This document shows, one piece after another, positions 19,218-29,494 of a stretch of 64,000 nucleotides of DNA. Each line of letters starts with the position of its first letter. Within the stretch, counting starts at the first letter, position 1. Origin of the DNA: an uncultured Oscillospiraceae bacterium. GTDB lineage: Bacteria > Bacillota > Clostridia > Oscillospirales > Oscillospiraceae. Position numbers and translations under genes: made by a program. The DNA lies in the NCBI GenBank assembly GCA_947168655.1, contig CAMVMU010000002.1, positions 15,561-79,560 on the forward strand, written 5' to 3'. Under the pieces are notes generated by a model. The model had not been told where the DNA came from. It was given only the letters and a program-made list of their open reading frames with translations, and ran no database searches.

Positions 19218-20177
19218 TCACCGGACAGCAGACAGCTCGATGTGGATGTCACCCGTGTCCGTGGCGATCTCGCACCGGCCGCCGGTGACGGTATCCGGCA
19301 CGGAGACCGCGCCGGTATCGGTCCGTGTGATGAACACCTTTTCCGTCCGCAGCGTTCCCGTCACGTCGCCGGTATCGGTTTTCACGGTGATCTGCGCCGC
19401 GTCGCTGTTGTCAAACCGCACGTCGCCGGTGTCCCTCTCGATGGCGAAACTCTCCTCCGCCACCACGTCCTTCAGTGTGACGGCGCCGGTGCTGCCATGG
19501 GAGATCAGGCTTTTGCACGTCACGTCCGTCAATTCGGTTCTGCCGGTGCTGACGCTTGTGGACACCGTGCCATCACAGGTGACGGAACCGACAGCGATCT
19601 TTCCCGTGGAAGCCGACAGGTCCAGCTCCCCGGCGGAAATTCCCTTCACGGAAATATTGCCCGTGTCGGTGTGGATTTTGACGCGGCCGGAGGCAGACGC
19701 ATGGCAAATCACCAAGCCGGTGTCGGCGTTGATCTCCATGGTTTCAAAGGAGATCTCCAGCGGAATAGAGACCATGCCTGTATCGGTTTCAATCAAAAGG
19801 GCGCGGTAGGTGTCCGCGGGGAGAGCGACCCACACTTCCGGAGACGACAGAAACAGGCCAAAGTGTACCTGTCCTTTTCGCGGCTCTGCGGTGATCTTCA
19901 GCGTGCCGTCCTCCACGGCGACGGTGTGCCGCTCTCTCTCTCGCTCTATGCAGGTGATGGTGCAGCTGCCGTCTTCGGACGGAAACAACACGATATCGGC
20001 CTCATCCGTGCGGATCTCAATGTCGTGGAACGTCTCATTGGGTGTATACGTGTTCGTCACCGTCTTGCCGGTGCTGAGTTTGGAGAGATCCCATCCGGAA
20101 GCGGCAAAGGCTCCGGCAAAAAGGGCCAGACCGAGAATGGTAAGAACGGCGGCCGCGATGAGCATCGTCTTTTTCAT
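19218..20177 (-). CDS. DUF4097-like beta-strand repeat (adhesin-like) protein
   Basis: N-terminal TM and repeated (T/S)(D/S)TG(D/N)(I/V) units. Confidence 0.85.
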   Translation of the reverse strand: MKKTMLIAAAVLTILGLALFAGAFAASGWDLSKLSTGKTVTNTYTPNETFHDIEIRTDEADIVLFPSEDGSCTITCIERERERHTVAVEDGTLKITAEPRKGQVHFGLFLSSPEVWVALPADTYRALLIETDTGMVSIPLEISFETMEINADTGLVICHASASGRVKIHTDTGNISVKGISAGELDLSASTGKIAVGSVTCDGTVSTSVSTGRTELTDVTCKSLISHGSTGAVTLKDVVAEESFAIERDTGDVRFDNSDAAQITVKTDTGDVTGTLRTEKVFITRTDTGAVSVPDTVTGGRCEIATDTGDIHIELSAVR

Positions 20178-20779
20178 TTCGCGCTCTCCTTTCTGACAAA
20201 CAGTCTCTTGATCCCCCGCGCCACGGCCTTGCCCAGGCGTACAGCGCCTTTCGACGCGGCCAGGCAGCCGAAGACCAGGAAGATCGCCAGGCCGGCGCAC
20301 ACCAGCCCGGCGCCCATCAAAGCGATACCCGGCAGCACGTCGCCGCGGGTGATACTGGCCACCCCGGTCGCGATACAGCCCAGCCCATTGAAGCCCAGGG
20401 CTGCGTCAACGGCCCACAGGCAGACCACCAGCACCCAGATGACGAGGTAAAGCGCGAACACCACCGCGGCGGCGGCGATCAGCAGCGGAAACCATATAGG
20501 GAATCCCAGCACGATGAGAATAATTTCCCAGGCGCGCAGAGCCCGCTTCGGCGCCACGCTCTCCCTGACGATCTTTGCCAGCGGGATCTCCTCCAGCGTC
20601 TGGGCGGCGATGTCCTCCACGGCGCCCATCTCCGCCACGGCATCCTCCTCGTTAAGACCCTCCTCCATCCGGTCGTCGATCATCTCGCTGTAGAACGCCA
20701 GCCGCTCCTCGATATCCTCCCGGGGCAGGCCGGACAGTTCGTTCCGCAGAACGGCCAGAAATGCTTCTTTATTCATCAT
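20174..20779 (-). CDS. DUF1700 (HAAS domain) membrane protein
   Basis: MNKEAFL..L..LP.EDIEERLAFYSEMIDDRMEEG followed by TM helices. Confidence 0.88.
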   Translation of the reverse strand: MMNKEAFLAVLRNELSGLPREDIEERLAFYSEMIDDRMEEGLNEEDAVAEMGAVEDIAAQTLEEIPLAKIVRESVAPKRALRAWEIILIVLGFPIWFPLLIAAAAVVFALYLVIWVLVVCLWAVDAALGFNGLGCIATGVASITRGDVLPGIALMGAGLVCAGLAIFLVFGCLAASKGAVRLGKAVARGIKRLFVRKESAK

Positions 20780-21086
20780 GCTCCTCCTTGGTCACAAACC
20801 GGTAAATCGATATGACCTCTTTCCACTCGGCCTTGAAATCCTCTATGCGCCGCACACCCGCCTCGGTGATGCGGTAATACTTCCGCAGCCGCCCGTCATG
20901 CTCCGCCGTCCGCACCGTCAGCATATTTGCCGCTTCCAGCCGTTTCAGTATGGTATACAGCGTGGATTCGGACAGCTCCAGATACGGCTTCAAATCCTTG
21001 ATGATCTTGTAGCCGTAGGAATCCTCGCTTTTGATGGCTGCCAGAACACATACATCCAAAAGCCCGCGTTTCAACTGTGCATCCAT
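20769..21086 (-). CDS. PadR-family regulator
   Basis: QLKRGLLDVCVL, SYGY, ESTLYTILKRLE, RKYYRITEAG. Confidence 0.92.
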   Translation of the reverse strand: MDAQLKRGLLDVCVLAAIKSEDSYGYKIIKDLKPYLELSESTLYTILKRLEAANMLTVRTAEHDGRLRKYYRITEAGVRRIEDFKAEWKEVISIYRFVTKEEHDE

Positions 21087-21106
21087 ACAATACCTCCCCT
21101 CTTGAT

Positions 21107-21133
21107 ATACATCATATTGCGAGGTATTGTATT
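21107..21133. promoter_or_regulatory. Imperfect palindrome in the padR promoter (putative autoregulatory box)
   Basis: ATACATCATA...TATTGTAT next to a minus-strand TTGACA at 21134-21139. Confidence 0.45.
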
Positions 21134-21212
21134 TGTCAAGAGCTTTCTCAAAATGACCACAAAATCGTCCGGGACGGGTAATTTCTCTCTGTGACGCCCA
21201 TTTCCGGGCAAA

Positions 21213-21242
21213 AAAAACAGGCAGGATATCCTGCCTGTTTTC
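21213..21242 (-). terminator. Terminator closing the large cluster
   Basis: AAAAACAGGCAGGATATCCTGCCTGTTTTT. Confidence 0.8.
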
Positions 21243-21290
21243 ATTCATATTCCGTTTGTCTCCGGCATCATTCGTCCAGAAGCCTATGGG

Positions 21291-21884
21291 TTACAGTCCG
21301 ACAATATGCCTGTTCTGAATACAGAAGATGACAAATGAAAGCAGAAGCGCAAACCAGTCAACAAGCATCACAAATCTTACAACGTACAGCACCCATCGGT
21401 CGACAATGCTGACGTCAGCGTCATTCTTTGACGGTGGACTCGTGAAAAACAGCTTGATCTTCGATGGTCCGGCGCCTTTGATGCGGGATAATCCGCCAAA
21501 CGCGATCTTAACGCAGACGATAAGCCCGATAAAGTAAAAGAGCCAGAACCAGATAATGTTAATTCTCGCCAGCAACGCAATAATACCCAGCACAGCAAAA
21601 CACAGGGAGAAGATCAGCGGTGTGCGAAATGAGCCGAAGATGTATACGCCGCTGTTCTCCCGGAAAATCGCTTCGACCCCCGACGCCATCAGGAGCAGCC
21701 AGAAAGAAATGGAGAGCAGAGCGCTGTGGAAACCTCCGATCAGCGTTTTTGACCGCAAAAGGACCCCCATGCCGTAAAAGGGTTCTCTTGTCAGCTTTCC
21801 GAAAAAATGTGTCAGCAGCGCAATGACAATGATCAGCGTGATCAGCGTCGCTGTCGTTTTTGTTGCATTTCGTACCGTAGTCAT
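21291..21884 (-). CDS. Hypothetical multi-pass membrane protein
   Basis: About five hydrophobic segments; ATGA overlap with the upstream GTPase gene. Confidence 0.75.
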   Translation of the reverse strand: MTTVRNATKTTATLITLIIVIALLTHFFGKLTREPFYGMGVLLRSKTLIGGFHSALLSISFWLLLMASGVEAIFRENSGVYIFGSFRTPLIFSLCFAVLGIIALLARINIIWFWLFYFIGLIVCVKIAFGGLSRIKGAGPSKIKLFFTSPPSKNDADVSIVDRWVLYVVRFVMLVDWFALLLSFVIFCIQNRHIVGL

Positions 21885-23515
21885 CTGCTTTCCTCCTCAA
21901 CAAATGCCGTCAGGTCATTGATACTGCTTTTGCACTGACGAGCCAGCCATCCAATCGGCGCAATCATGTTTTGAGGATCAAACGGGGATCCGTCAGCACA
22001 ATGGCCGATGGAGCTTACCGGGAAGAATGAAACGCGGGAGAATACACTTTCCAGGTTGTTGATAGCGTTTGCCAGACCGATATCCGACAGATATCGCCTG
22101 CAGATGGTATCCCGCGCCTCTTCCAGGCTGCCGTACTGATTCTGGTTTGCGGAAAACTCGGCTTTGATCTTTACCATGCCGATTTTTCTCTTGATGGCCG
22201 TCAGATCTGTCTTTGCAATGACCACGGCCACAGGCGTGTCGCTCATTTTTCTGGCCGTGCGTCCGGCAACCTCCGAGTACTTGTTGATAAAGTGGATGAT
22301 GATATCTTCCGTTGAGTCGTCCGAGAAGCCGTCAACGCTGTCTGCTCCCGTCATCGACTCGCACTCTTTTCTGACGGAGCGAATACTCAGAGGATCGATG
22401 ATCATGATAATTCCGTCACTGTAGGCAAAATTCAGCGGGTTTCTCTCGTACTGCTCACTGAGGATGACCTCATCGGGGACATCATAGATGACAATGCCGT
22501 CATCCGAGCTGCCCTTGTTCCCGTGCAGAATATAATAGGCACGCACCTCGTCCGTTGCGGATTTTTCCGTTCTGCCGGACTGATACATCCTCTCCAGATC
22601 CCGAAAGTCCTCCTCCGGTGAAAGGGACACATCGCGAACACCGCTTTTCTGAATCGCCTCAACATACTGATGCTGAAACGCGGCAATGAACGCCGTTTTT
22701 CCGGACGAGTTTCCTCCCACCACCTGGACGGTAAGCGCCTTGATGTTTGAGCCGGCCAGTGCGTAGTCGCATTTCGGGCAATAGGATTTTAACTCTTTGC
22801 GCTTCGACAAAGATGAGCAGGGGATAAAATGGCCGCAGGTGCATTTTGCATACAGGAGGCCGCATCTGCCCGGATACAGGTTGGCGTGCTTTTCTCCGCA
22901 ATGGGGACACTCAAAGACCGGGAGCTTGAATGATGTATAGCACTTGGGGCAGTGCTGCGTCACCCACGAGGTTTTGTCTGCCAGGTTGAACAGCGGCATC
23001 AGTACGTAGTTTACTCCCCAGAGGAACACCAAAAGCAGCAGGTACGCAAGGTTGAGAACAAAGTACGTGCTGACGCCGACTGCCGCACGCAGCATCATCT
23101 CCACCATACCCAGCGCTGCCATTGGCAGATATGCAAAAGAGCACAGAAATGCGATGGTCTTTGAGTGGCTCTCATAGTTGCCGAGCCGGTAGGCCAGTCC
23201 CGCAAAGCTGAACACAGACCACTTCTTATCAAGCAGGTACTTGTGCGCATCTCTGTATATCTGGCTTCGCTGAAACTGCCCCGAGCCGGCAGCAAAGCTG
23301 TACATCAGTTCGGCATCCGGTTTTTTCTTCCACGTTGCCTTATTCATTATAATTGCTTTAATAAGTGAATAAACGATATTAAAGCAGGCAACGATCGCTA
23401 GGATGATAAACACCGCGCGAAGCAGCCCGGGGATGGTCTCCCAAAACTCACCCACACGTGCAAATCCTTTTTGCAGAAGCTCGTGAATCCGCTCCAGCAC
23501 ATACCTCGTATTCAT
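21881..23515 (-). CDS. Membrane-anchored Zn-ribbon TRAFAC-like GTPase 3 (G3 motif degenerate)
   Basis: TM helices, CPKC/CPHC/CTC/CPKC, G1 GGNSSGKT, G3 DVPD, G4 AKTD, G5 VSS. Confidence 0.8.
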   Translation of the reverse strand: MNTRYVLERIHELLQKGFARVGEFWETIPGLLRAVFIILAIVACFNIVYSLIKAIIMNKATWKKKPDAELMYSFAAGSGQFQRSQIYRDAHKYLLDKKWSVFSFAGLAYRLGNYESHSKTIAFLCSFAYLPMAALGMVEMMLRAAVGVSTYFVLNLAYLLLLVFLWGVNYVLMPLFNLADKTSWVTQHCPKCYTSFKLPVFECPHCGEKHANLYPGRCGLLYAKCTCGHFIPCSSLSKRKELKSYCPKCDYALAGSNIKALTVQVVGGNSSGKTAFIAAFQHQYVEAIQKSGVRDVSLSPEEDFRDLERMYQSGRTEKSATDEVRAYYILHGNKGSSDDGIVIYDVPDEVILSEQYERNPLNFAYSDGIIMIIDPLSIRSVRKECESMTGADSVDGFSDDSTEDIIIHFINKYSEVAGRTARKMSDTPVAVVIAKTDLTAIKRKIGMVKIKAEFSANQNQYGSLEEARDTICRRYLSDIGLANAINNLESVFSRVSFFPVSSIGHCADGSPFDPQNMIAPIGWLARQCKSSINDLTAFVEEESR

Positions 23516-23539
23516 ATCAACATTCCCGCTTTCTTTTTC

Positions 23540-23884
23540 TCACATTTCCTGCCCGTTATCTTCTTCGTGTTCCTCTCCCTGTTCCTCTCCCTGCTCTTCC
23601 GCAGGCATCTCATGGGCGTGAGATCTGTTCTCGTGCGGATCCTCAATTTGGTAAAGATCGGGGTCGTTCATCCGATCGTTGAACTCCTCCTGTGTCAGCC
23701 CCTCATTTTCAGCCTGCTCGGCCTCCCGCCAGTGCTCGTGGCCGGGCTTGTGTCCCAGGTCATACTGTCCCTCAATGGGCTCGTGGGTGTTGGCGTCAAG
23801 GAACTGCCCCTTCTCATTCTTTTCCGCTCTGCGTTCAACCTCTTCCCTGACTTCCTTCCGGATATATGGACGATGGAGGGGCAT
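23540..23884 (-). CDS. HNH/EndoVII nuclease of GH-E type (stand-alone toxin-like)
   Basis: RPYIRK, YDLGHKPGHE, NDPDLYQIEDPHENRSH. Confidence 0.82.
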   Translation of the reverse strand: MPLHRPYIRKEVREEVERRAEKNEKGQFLDANTHEPIEGQYDLGHKPGHEHWREAEQAENEGLTQEEFNDRMNDPDLYQIEDPHENRSHAHEMPAEEQGEEQGEEHEEDNGQEM

Positions 23885-24198
23885 TACTCATCACCCTCCT
23901 CTTCCGGATCAAAATCACGGGAAACAACAAATGTCGCGTCCGGATCCTCTCTCTCCAGGGCAGTGCCCACCGCGCAGTTCAGATACGGAAAAACGCTTCT
24001 GTCGATCTCAAGAATCGTGTTGATGTCGTAGACGGCGATATGGTCCGGGTCGTTTACATACTCGTCGTCCTCATCACCGCAAAAGAACCGCCACCCGCTG
24101 TCCTGCGGATTGGTCGCTTCTTCGTGGTACATGTAGCGCACCTTGCGCCTGCCCTCAACGAGCATTTTCGTCGCCAGGACAAAACCAAATTTCTCCAT
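23884..24198 (-). CDS. DUF2185 (Imm33-like) immunity-type protein
   Basis: VRYMYHE...DSGWRFFCGDEDDEY..D...YDINTI; AGGAGG RBS. Confidence 0.82.
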   Translation of the reverse strand: MEKFGFVLATKMLVEGRRKVRYMYHEEATNPQDSGWRFFCGDEDDEYVNDPDHIAVYDINTILEIDRSVFPYLNCAVGTALEREDPDATFVVSRDFDPEEEGDE

Positions 24199-24215
24199 AA
24201 TAACCTCCTGTTTCG

Positions 24216-25769
24216 TTACGGTTGCTTCACTATGTTGCGCAAGGGGCAATTGTCGCTGCTCATCAGCCAAAAGACCGGGTCCAAAACTCCCCACGGCTCA
24301 TATTGGCCGTCCTCTACATCGTGTCCCATTGCACTGACGGGGAAGTATCTGATGTTGGTAAACTCCGCCTCGATCAGGTTCACCGCGTTCTCATAGCCGT
24401 GCCCCATAAGGAATGTGCGGCAGACGTCGTTTTGATGCTGTTCAAAGCTCAGCTGCTCCTGGGAATCCACCGCGGGTTTATACGTCGCTCTGATGCGGGG
24501 AAGGCCGATCTCCTTTTTGTACAGGTCAGACTTGGAGATGATAACCGCAACGGGAACAGACGCCGCTTTTGCTGCGTGCTTTCCCTTCACTTCATCCAGC
24601 GAGTTGATAAAGTTGGCGATCGTGTCAGACACATAGTTCGGCGTTGCCGTCGGATCAATCACGAGAACAAACCCCTCGCAGTATCTGAACTGCTGTTGTT
24701 GCATTTCGCTGTCCGCAAAGTCGAACGCCTCGCCCGCAATATCATAGATGGTCATCTGTACCGAGGTTTTTGGCCCGGTCGTGTGGATCATGCTGTACAT
24801 ATTTGCGTTCGTTTCCAGCGTGGATTCGGATCTGCCGGTGTCAAACCAATCCTCAAGATCAGCAAACGCGTCCTCCGGCGTCGCTTCAACAGAAATGTCG
24901 CGGCGACGGCTCAGCCAATCCTTGTATTCATGCCAGAACGCAGCGAGGAACGTCGTCTTTCCTGTTCCGACGCCGCCGACCAGCTGGATGCCGTATTGCT
25001 GAGAACTGCTGGAGAGGAGCTGCGTGTCGCAGAACGGGCAGTGTGCCTCGTAGGCAGACCGTCCTCCCAGAAACGTGGTGGACAGCTCGGTTCCGCAGGT
25101 GCATTTTCTCTTCAGGACGCCGTAGGGTCCCGGAACCAGCTTCTTGTGCGGCAGTCCGCAGGTGGGGCACAGGAAAACAGGAATAACGGATTTGCGCTTG
25201 CAGTTGGGACAGCGATTGTGAATCGATTTGAAAAACAGGACCAGCCGATCGATCAGCCACAGTGTTGAGAAGAAGAGGAAGAAGCCGATCATTCCAACCA
25301 TGATGACCGCGGCAAGCAGGATGGAAAAAATCGCGACCCAGATAAAACCCAGAACCATGGCACAGAAGATCGCAAAGCCGTAGCCGAGGTAAATCCATAT
25401 ATCGATGAACCAGGTGCCCTTCAGCGTTTTGTTCTTCCATGCCGTCAGCTTTTTGCGGTAATCCCCAAGGTTTTCAAAAGCGCCCTTGATGATCTCGCTG
25501 ATCTGATGAAAGCCCGGGCCAAAGCAGTAGTTTCTTTTTACACCCGCCGGGATGTCAGCGCGCTTGTCCACATAGGTGGCATATGGATCGATATTGTCCT
25601 TGACCGACCGTATGAAACTGGAGAGGGACACGAACAAGGCGTATCCGGTACTAATAACAAGTGTGACCGCAGCAAGGATCGAGGCTATCGGCAGGATAAC
25701 GTATCTGATCAGCAGATAGATCAGGTATACAACAATGGCAATAATAACAAGATAAATAATTGCTTCCAT
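24216..25769 (-). CDS. Membrane-anchored Zn-ribbon TRAFAC-like GTPase 2
   Basis: TM helices, CPNC/CPTC/CTC/CPFC, G1 GGVGTGKT, G3 DIAG, G4 SKSD, G5 VSA. Confidence 0.82.
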   Translation of the reverse strand: MEAIIYLVIIAIVVYLIYLLIRYVILPIASILAAVTLVISTGYALFVSLSSFIRSVKDNIDPYATYVDKRADIPAGVKRNYCFGPGFHQISEIIKGAFENLGDYRKKLTAWKNKTLKGTWFIDIWIYLGYGFAIFCAMVLGFIWVAIFSILLAAVIMVGMIGFFLFFSTLWLIDRLVLFFKSIHNRCPNCKRKSVIPVFLCPTCGLPHKKLVPGPYGVLKRKCTCGTELSTTFLGGRSAYEAHCPFCDTQLLSSSSQQYGIQLVGGVGTGKTTFLAAFWHEYKDWLSRRRDISVEATPEDAFADLEDWFDTGRSESTLETNANMYSMIHTTGPKTSVQMTIYDIAGEAFDFADSEMQQQQFRYCEGFVLVIDPTATPNYVSDTIANFINSLDEVKGKHAAKAASVPVAVIISKSDLYKKEIGLPRIRATYKPAVDSQEQLSFEQHQNDVCRTFLMGHGYENAVNLIEAEFTNIRYFPVSAMGHDVEDGQYEPWGVLDPVFWLMSSDNCPLRNIVKQP

Positions 25770-25790
25770 ACTCCGTTTTCACCCAAAATC

Positions 25791-28340
25791 TCACTTGTTG
25801 TCCTTTTTTCCCGTATCGGAGCCATTGGATGCTCCACGCGAGAACAGGCGGCCAAAAATAGACGGTGTCTTTTTCTGGTTGTGCAAAGTCTTCGCGTCCT
25901 TCTCAATCTGGGCGAAGTATTGCTGCGCAGGCTTGGACCGAAGGGTTTCGCGCACAGCCGTCATCTCTTTGTCAAACTGCTTGACCGATGCGCACGCATT
26001 TACCAGCGCATCGAAAAGCGCACTGCTCTTTGTTTTTGCGGCGATCTCGATCAAATCTCCCATTACGCGACTCTGTTTCGTCCCGATATACCGTACGGCC
26101 TCGCGGGCGAATCTGTCGGCGTAGAACGGCGTCTTTGCCGCCGCAGTCGCTATGGCTGCAAAAGCCTCTTCAGGCAGCTTTCCATCAAACACTTTGCCAG
26201 TCAGCCGGTCTGCATACGCGTCATTCTTCAGTGACGGGAAGCCCTGGGACACCGCATCACTTAAAAGCGATGTCAGCTTGTTTGCCAGTCTCTTGTCATC
26301 AAGAGCATCCAGAACAAAGAGGTGTGCCGAGTTGACGCATGCCGTTCCCGCCGGTCTGCAGCTCTGGAGCTTGGACGCCAGTTTTCCGGCGTTCTTGTCA
26401 GACAATACAAGGTTTTGATCCAGCACCTTGACGGTGTTCGACAGGTCGATTTCTTTGAGTTCTCTGCAGGAAAGGATCCAATCCAGGAACTTCTCCATCT
26501 CCTGCGTACGGGTAAGATTTTGGGCCTTATATGCCAGAACATCTGAAAAATGTTTTTCCAGATTACAATTCTGGAGCCGTTTATACATGCCCAAAAGGCT
26601 GTTTTCCGACGAGATCACTTCCGGAGCGATCCTGCAGATCAGCTGGATCAGAAATCCAATATAGCTCTGGTCGGCAGCGGTGCTTGCTTCTGCCAGAAGG
26701 GCATCCACAGTCTGACCCTGATCCTGCGCGGCATACAGGGACGCAATCTCTATGGCGCTCTGTCCGTCTCTTGCGCGGTAGAGTGCTTTCGCGCTTTCCG
26801 GCAGGAACTTTCTGACCGCATCGCCGAAGCATTCCCGCCGGTTTTTCAGCGCATCCGCAAGCAATTCGGTGAAGGATGCCCAATCCTCGGCGGAATAAGT
26901 ACGGGCCGCGTCTGCATAGGCGGCGATGACGGGCGGGGAAACGAGGTATTCCACGGCGCCCTTTGCAAACGCGCTCTTTTGAACCGCGCGGTGGAGCTCC
27001 TTCGCGGACGCGCTTTGCGGGCGCAGGAAAAGATTGTCCGCGTAAGAACGGCAGACGATATCATGAAAACACTCCTTTACCGTGCTGTCCCCTACGACCG
27101 GCGCGGTACTTTCAAGCCAGCTCATGGCCGTGAATGCGGAAACGGCGTCCGCTTTCAGGAATCCCGGAATCTCCTGCTTGATCTCCCGGTACAGCTCCTC
27201 AAGAACCGGTGATTTGATCAGCCTGTATTGCCCAAGAATGGTCAGTGCCGGAAGCAGATCCTTCAGCTGCTTGCTTTCGCTGAATTTTGACAGGTTCGTA
27301 TAGGCGGAGAAGAGTTTGAGAACGTCCCCAGTGGGCGCCGAAACGTCGACCGTCTGGAAAAACTCACGGCACAGATATTCGTGGCCCTCATTGAAGGACG
27401 TCACATAGCGGTAATAGGGATTCGTTGCGTCAACACTGACAGACAACGTCTTCGTCCTTCCGTCCAGGACCGCGTACGGAGCGTTGGCCAGCGCCCTGGC
27501 TGCGGCCGTGTTCGTCCTGTCTCTCTCGTCGACGCCTACGATCATGGCGCGGTATCGCTGCTTCTGATTGGGGCTTTGCAGATTGATCTGGGTCTGATAC
27601 TGGCCGCTGAGGTTCACCGTGTATTTGTTTGTGCTGGCAAATTTGTCAAATCGCGTTGCAAAGGAGAGGCCGGATGCCATTCTCGGTGAAAAAGCGCTCT
27701 CGATCGCCGCAATCCACAGCTCAATCTGTTTGGCGTTTTCATCCCGGATTACCAGAAACTTTCTCTCCTCCGCCGGAACCGAGTACTGAGACACGATAAA
27801 CGCAATGGCGTTCATCAAAGCCTCCCGGCGTCCATCGGCGACAAATGCGGCAATATCGTCAAAGGTAATATACCCGATGGTTTCACCGAGATCATTCCTC
27901 TCCGCCAGCGGAGCGGGCGCGTTTTCATAGTAGAACGCCTCACCCTTTTTCTGTGCATCCCAGACGGCGTCGTTGCCAAACGTTTCATAGGGGTAGATAT
28001 CCTCAAACTGGCCCACAAAGATCTGGTTGATGAAATTTCCCGGCCGGTGGGAATAATCTCCCGTCGCCGTTTTGTCAAAGGGGATCGGGTGAAAATTCAA
28101 CAGAAATTTCCCGCCCAGATCCGGTACGGTGAAAAGATATGCGTCATCCATAAAACCGGGATCCGCATAGGGTTCCTTGCTCTGCGCCACGGTATACAGG
28201 AACGGGAGATCCGCCACACCCTCCTCCGTAATGTTATCCGTGCAGGAAAACACCTTAAATCCGCTATTCTTTATGGGGGTTCGTCCCCTCAGGATATCAA
28301 TGCCTTCGCCGCATCTCGTGTATATAAGTTCAGAATACAT
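25791..28340 (-). CDS. GAP1-N2-like GTPase-associated protein with long helical C-terminus
   Basis: N-terminal ELIYTRC..G......GF, R.GNF..Q and LSFAT motifs as recalled for GAP1-N2/GAP1-M; lies between GTPase genes; AGGAGG RBS. Confidence 0.65.
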   Translation of the reverse strand: MYSELIYTRCGEGIDILRGRTPIKNSGFKVFSCTDNITEEGVADLPFLYTVAQSKEPYADPGFMDDAYLFTVPDLGGKFLLNFHPIPFDKTATGDYSHRPGNFINQIFVGQFEDIYPYETFGNDAVWDAQKKGEAFYYENAPAPLAERNDLGETIGYITFDDIAAFVADGRREALMNAIAFIVSQYSVPAEERKFLVIRDENAKQIELWIAAIESAFSPRMASGLSFATRFDKFASTNKYTVNLSGQYQTQINLQSPNQKQRYRAMIVGVDERDRTNTAAARALANAPYAVLDGRTKTLSVSVDATNPYYRYVTSFNEGHEYLCREFFQTVDVSAPTGDVLKLFSAYTNLSKFSESKQLKDLLPALTILGQYRLIKSPVLEELYREIKQEIPGFLKADAVSAFTAMSWLESTAPVVGDSTVKECFHDIVCRSYADNLFLRPQSASAKELHRAVQKSAFAKGAVEYLVSPPVIAAYADAARTYSAEDWASFTELLADALKNRRECFGDAVRKFLPESAKALYRARDGQSAIEIASLYAAQDQGQTVDALLAEASTAADQSYIGFLIQLICRIAPEVISSENSLLGMYKRLQNCNLEKHFSDVLAYKAQNLTRTQEMEKFLDWILSCRELKEIDLSNTVKVLDQNLVLSDKNAGKLASKLQSCRPAGTACVNSAHLFVLDALDDKRLANKLTSLLSDAVSQGFPSLKNDAYADRLTGKVFDGKLPEEAFAAIATAAAKTPFYADRFAREAVRYIGTKQSRVMGDLIEIAAKTKSSALFDALVNACASVKQFDKEMTAVRETLRSKPAQQYFAQIEKDAKTLHNQKKTPSIFGRLFSRGASNGSDTGKKDNK

Positions 28341-28393
28341 TTGATGACCTCCTGTTGGCTCTGAATAACCGGCTTGTCGGTTTGACGGTTGAA

Positions 28394-29494
28394 TCAATCA
28401 ATGAACTTCGCTCTCTTGAACAGCCAGAGGATCGGGTCAAGAACGCGATGGGGCTTGATCTCGGTTGGCAGTGTATAGGCATCCTTGGGGGGTGCTCCAT
28501 AGCTGGAAACGCCAAAGAAATAGTATTCCTTGAAGTGAGAATCCAGCGCATCGATAAAGGCGCCCTCACCGATCTGCTCCAGCCAGTTTCTGATCTCCGC
28601 GTCCACCTGCTTGATCTCCGCCAGGTCTACCATACCGTTTCTTACGGTCAGGCTGCTATTCCTGATCAACGCCTGGGGACCGAACGCGCGGTGGTTCAAA
28701 ATCGTGTCGAACTTGGTCAGCACAACTGCAACGGGGATGTCCAGCATCTTTTTAGATTTGATGCCTCTCGCCGCTTTGATATATGCCGCCACGCTGTTGA
28801 TAACGTCTTCCGCGTTTTTGCTGGTTCCCGCATCGCCGCCGAGGGAATTGCTCATGACATCGGCGTCCACTACACCGCCCCGTCTGATATTGGGGAGAAC
28901 CAGCGGATCGATGGCAAGGATAATCGCCTTGGAGGCATTGATGTATCGGCAAACCGTTGATGAGGGATCCAGGTTGTTCTCGTGATCTTCGCCGGCCCCG
29001 TCAAAAATCGTAAATGTGTACGTGGGGACATCGTTGCCCCGTTTCTTCTGCAGATTCTTGATGAACCAGATCTGAGGCATACTCTCGCCGGATTGGGTTG
29101 CTTCGGGGATCGTATGCTGCTCATAGATCAAATCACAGTTTCTGTTCTGGTGATCCAGAGTGTCCTTTGTCTGATGTCCCAGGGCCAGCCTCAGCCCGGA
29201 CGAGCGCCCCAGCTCATGCAGCATAACGGTGATGTAATTTGTTTTGCCGGAGTTGGAAACGCCGACAATGCTGAACGGGAGGTTCGGTGTCTCGAGGGCC
29301 ATCTTGGGAATGATGCCTCCGCAGGAGGGGCATTTTCTCAGCGTGGCAAATCCTCCGCAGGCAGAATTTTTGCATTTGATGGGTTCACGCGCAAATCTGC
29401 CCGGCGACGTCTCCGTTCCACAGTCGGGACAGACATAGAGTACCTTGCTCTTGTCATACTCGCGGATGCAGTAGGGGCATGTGAATTTTGCCAT
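28394..29494 (-). CDS. Soluble Zn-ribbon TRAFAC-like GTPase 1
   Basis: CPYC/CPDC/C..C/CPSC, G1 GVSNSGKT, G3 DGAG, G4 TKFD, G5 VSS. Confidence 0.85.
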   Translation of the reverse strand: MAKFTCPYCIREYDKSKVLYVCPDCGTETSPGRFAREPIKCKNSACGGFATLRKCPSCGGIIPKMALETPNLPFSIVGVSNSGKTNYITVMLHELGRSSGLRLALGHQTKDTLDHQNRNCDLIYEQHTIPEATQSGESMPQIWFIKNLQKKRGNDVPTYTFTIFDGAGEDHENNLDPSSTVCRYINASKAIILAIDPLVLPNIRRGGVVDADVMSNSLGGDAGTSKNAEDVINSVAAYIKAARGIKSKKMLDIPVAVVLTKFDTILNHRAFGPQALIRNSSLTVRNGMVDLAEIKQVDAEIRNWLEQIGEGAFIDALDSHFKEYYFFGVSSYGAPPKDAYTLPTEIKPHRVLDPILWLFKRAKFID

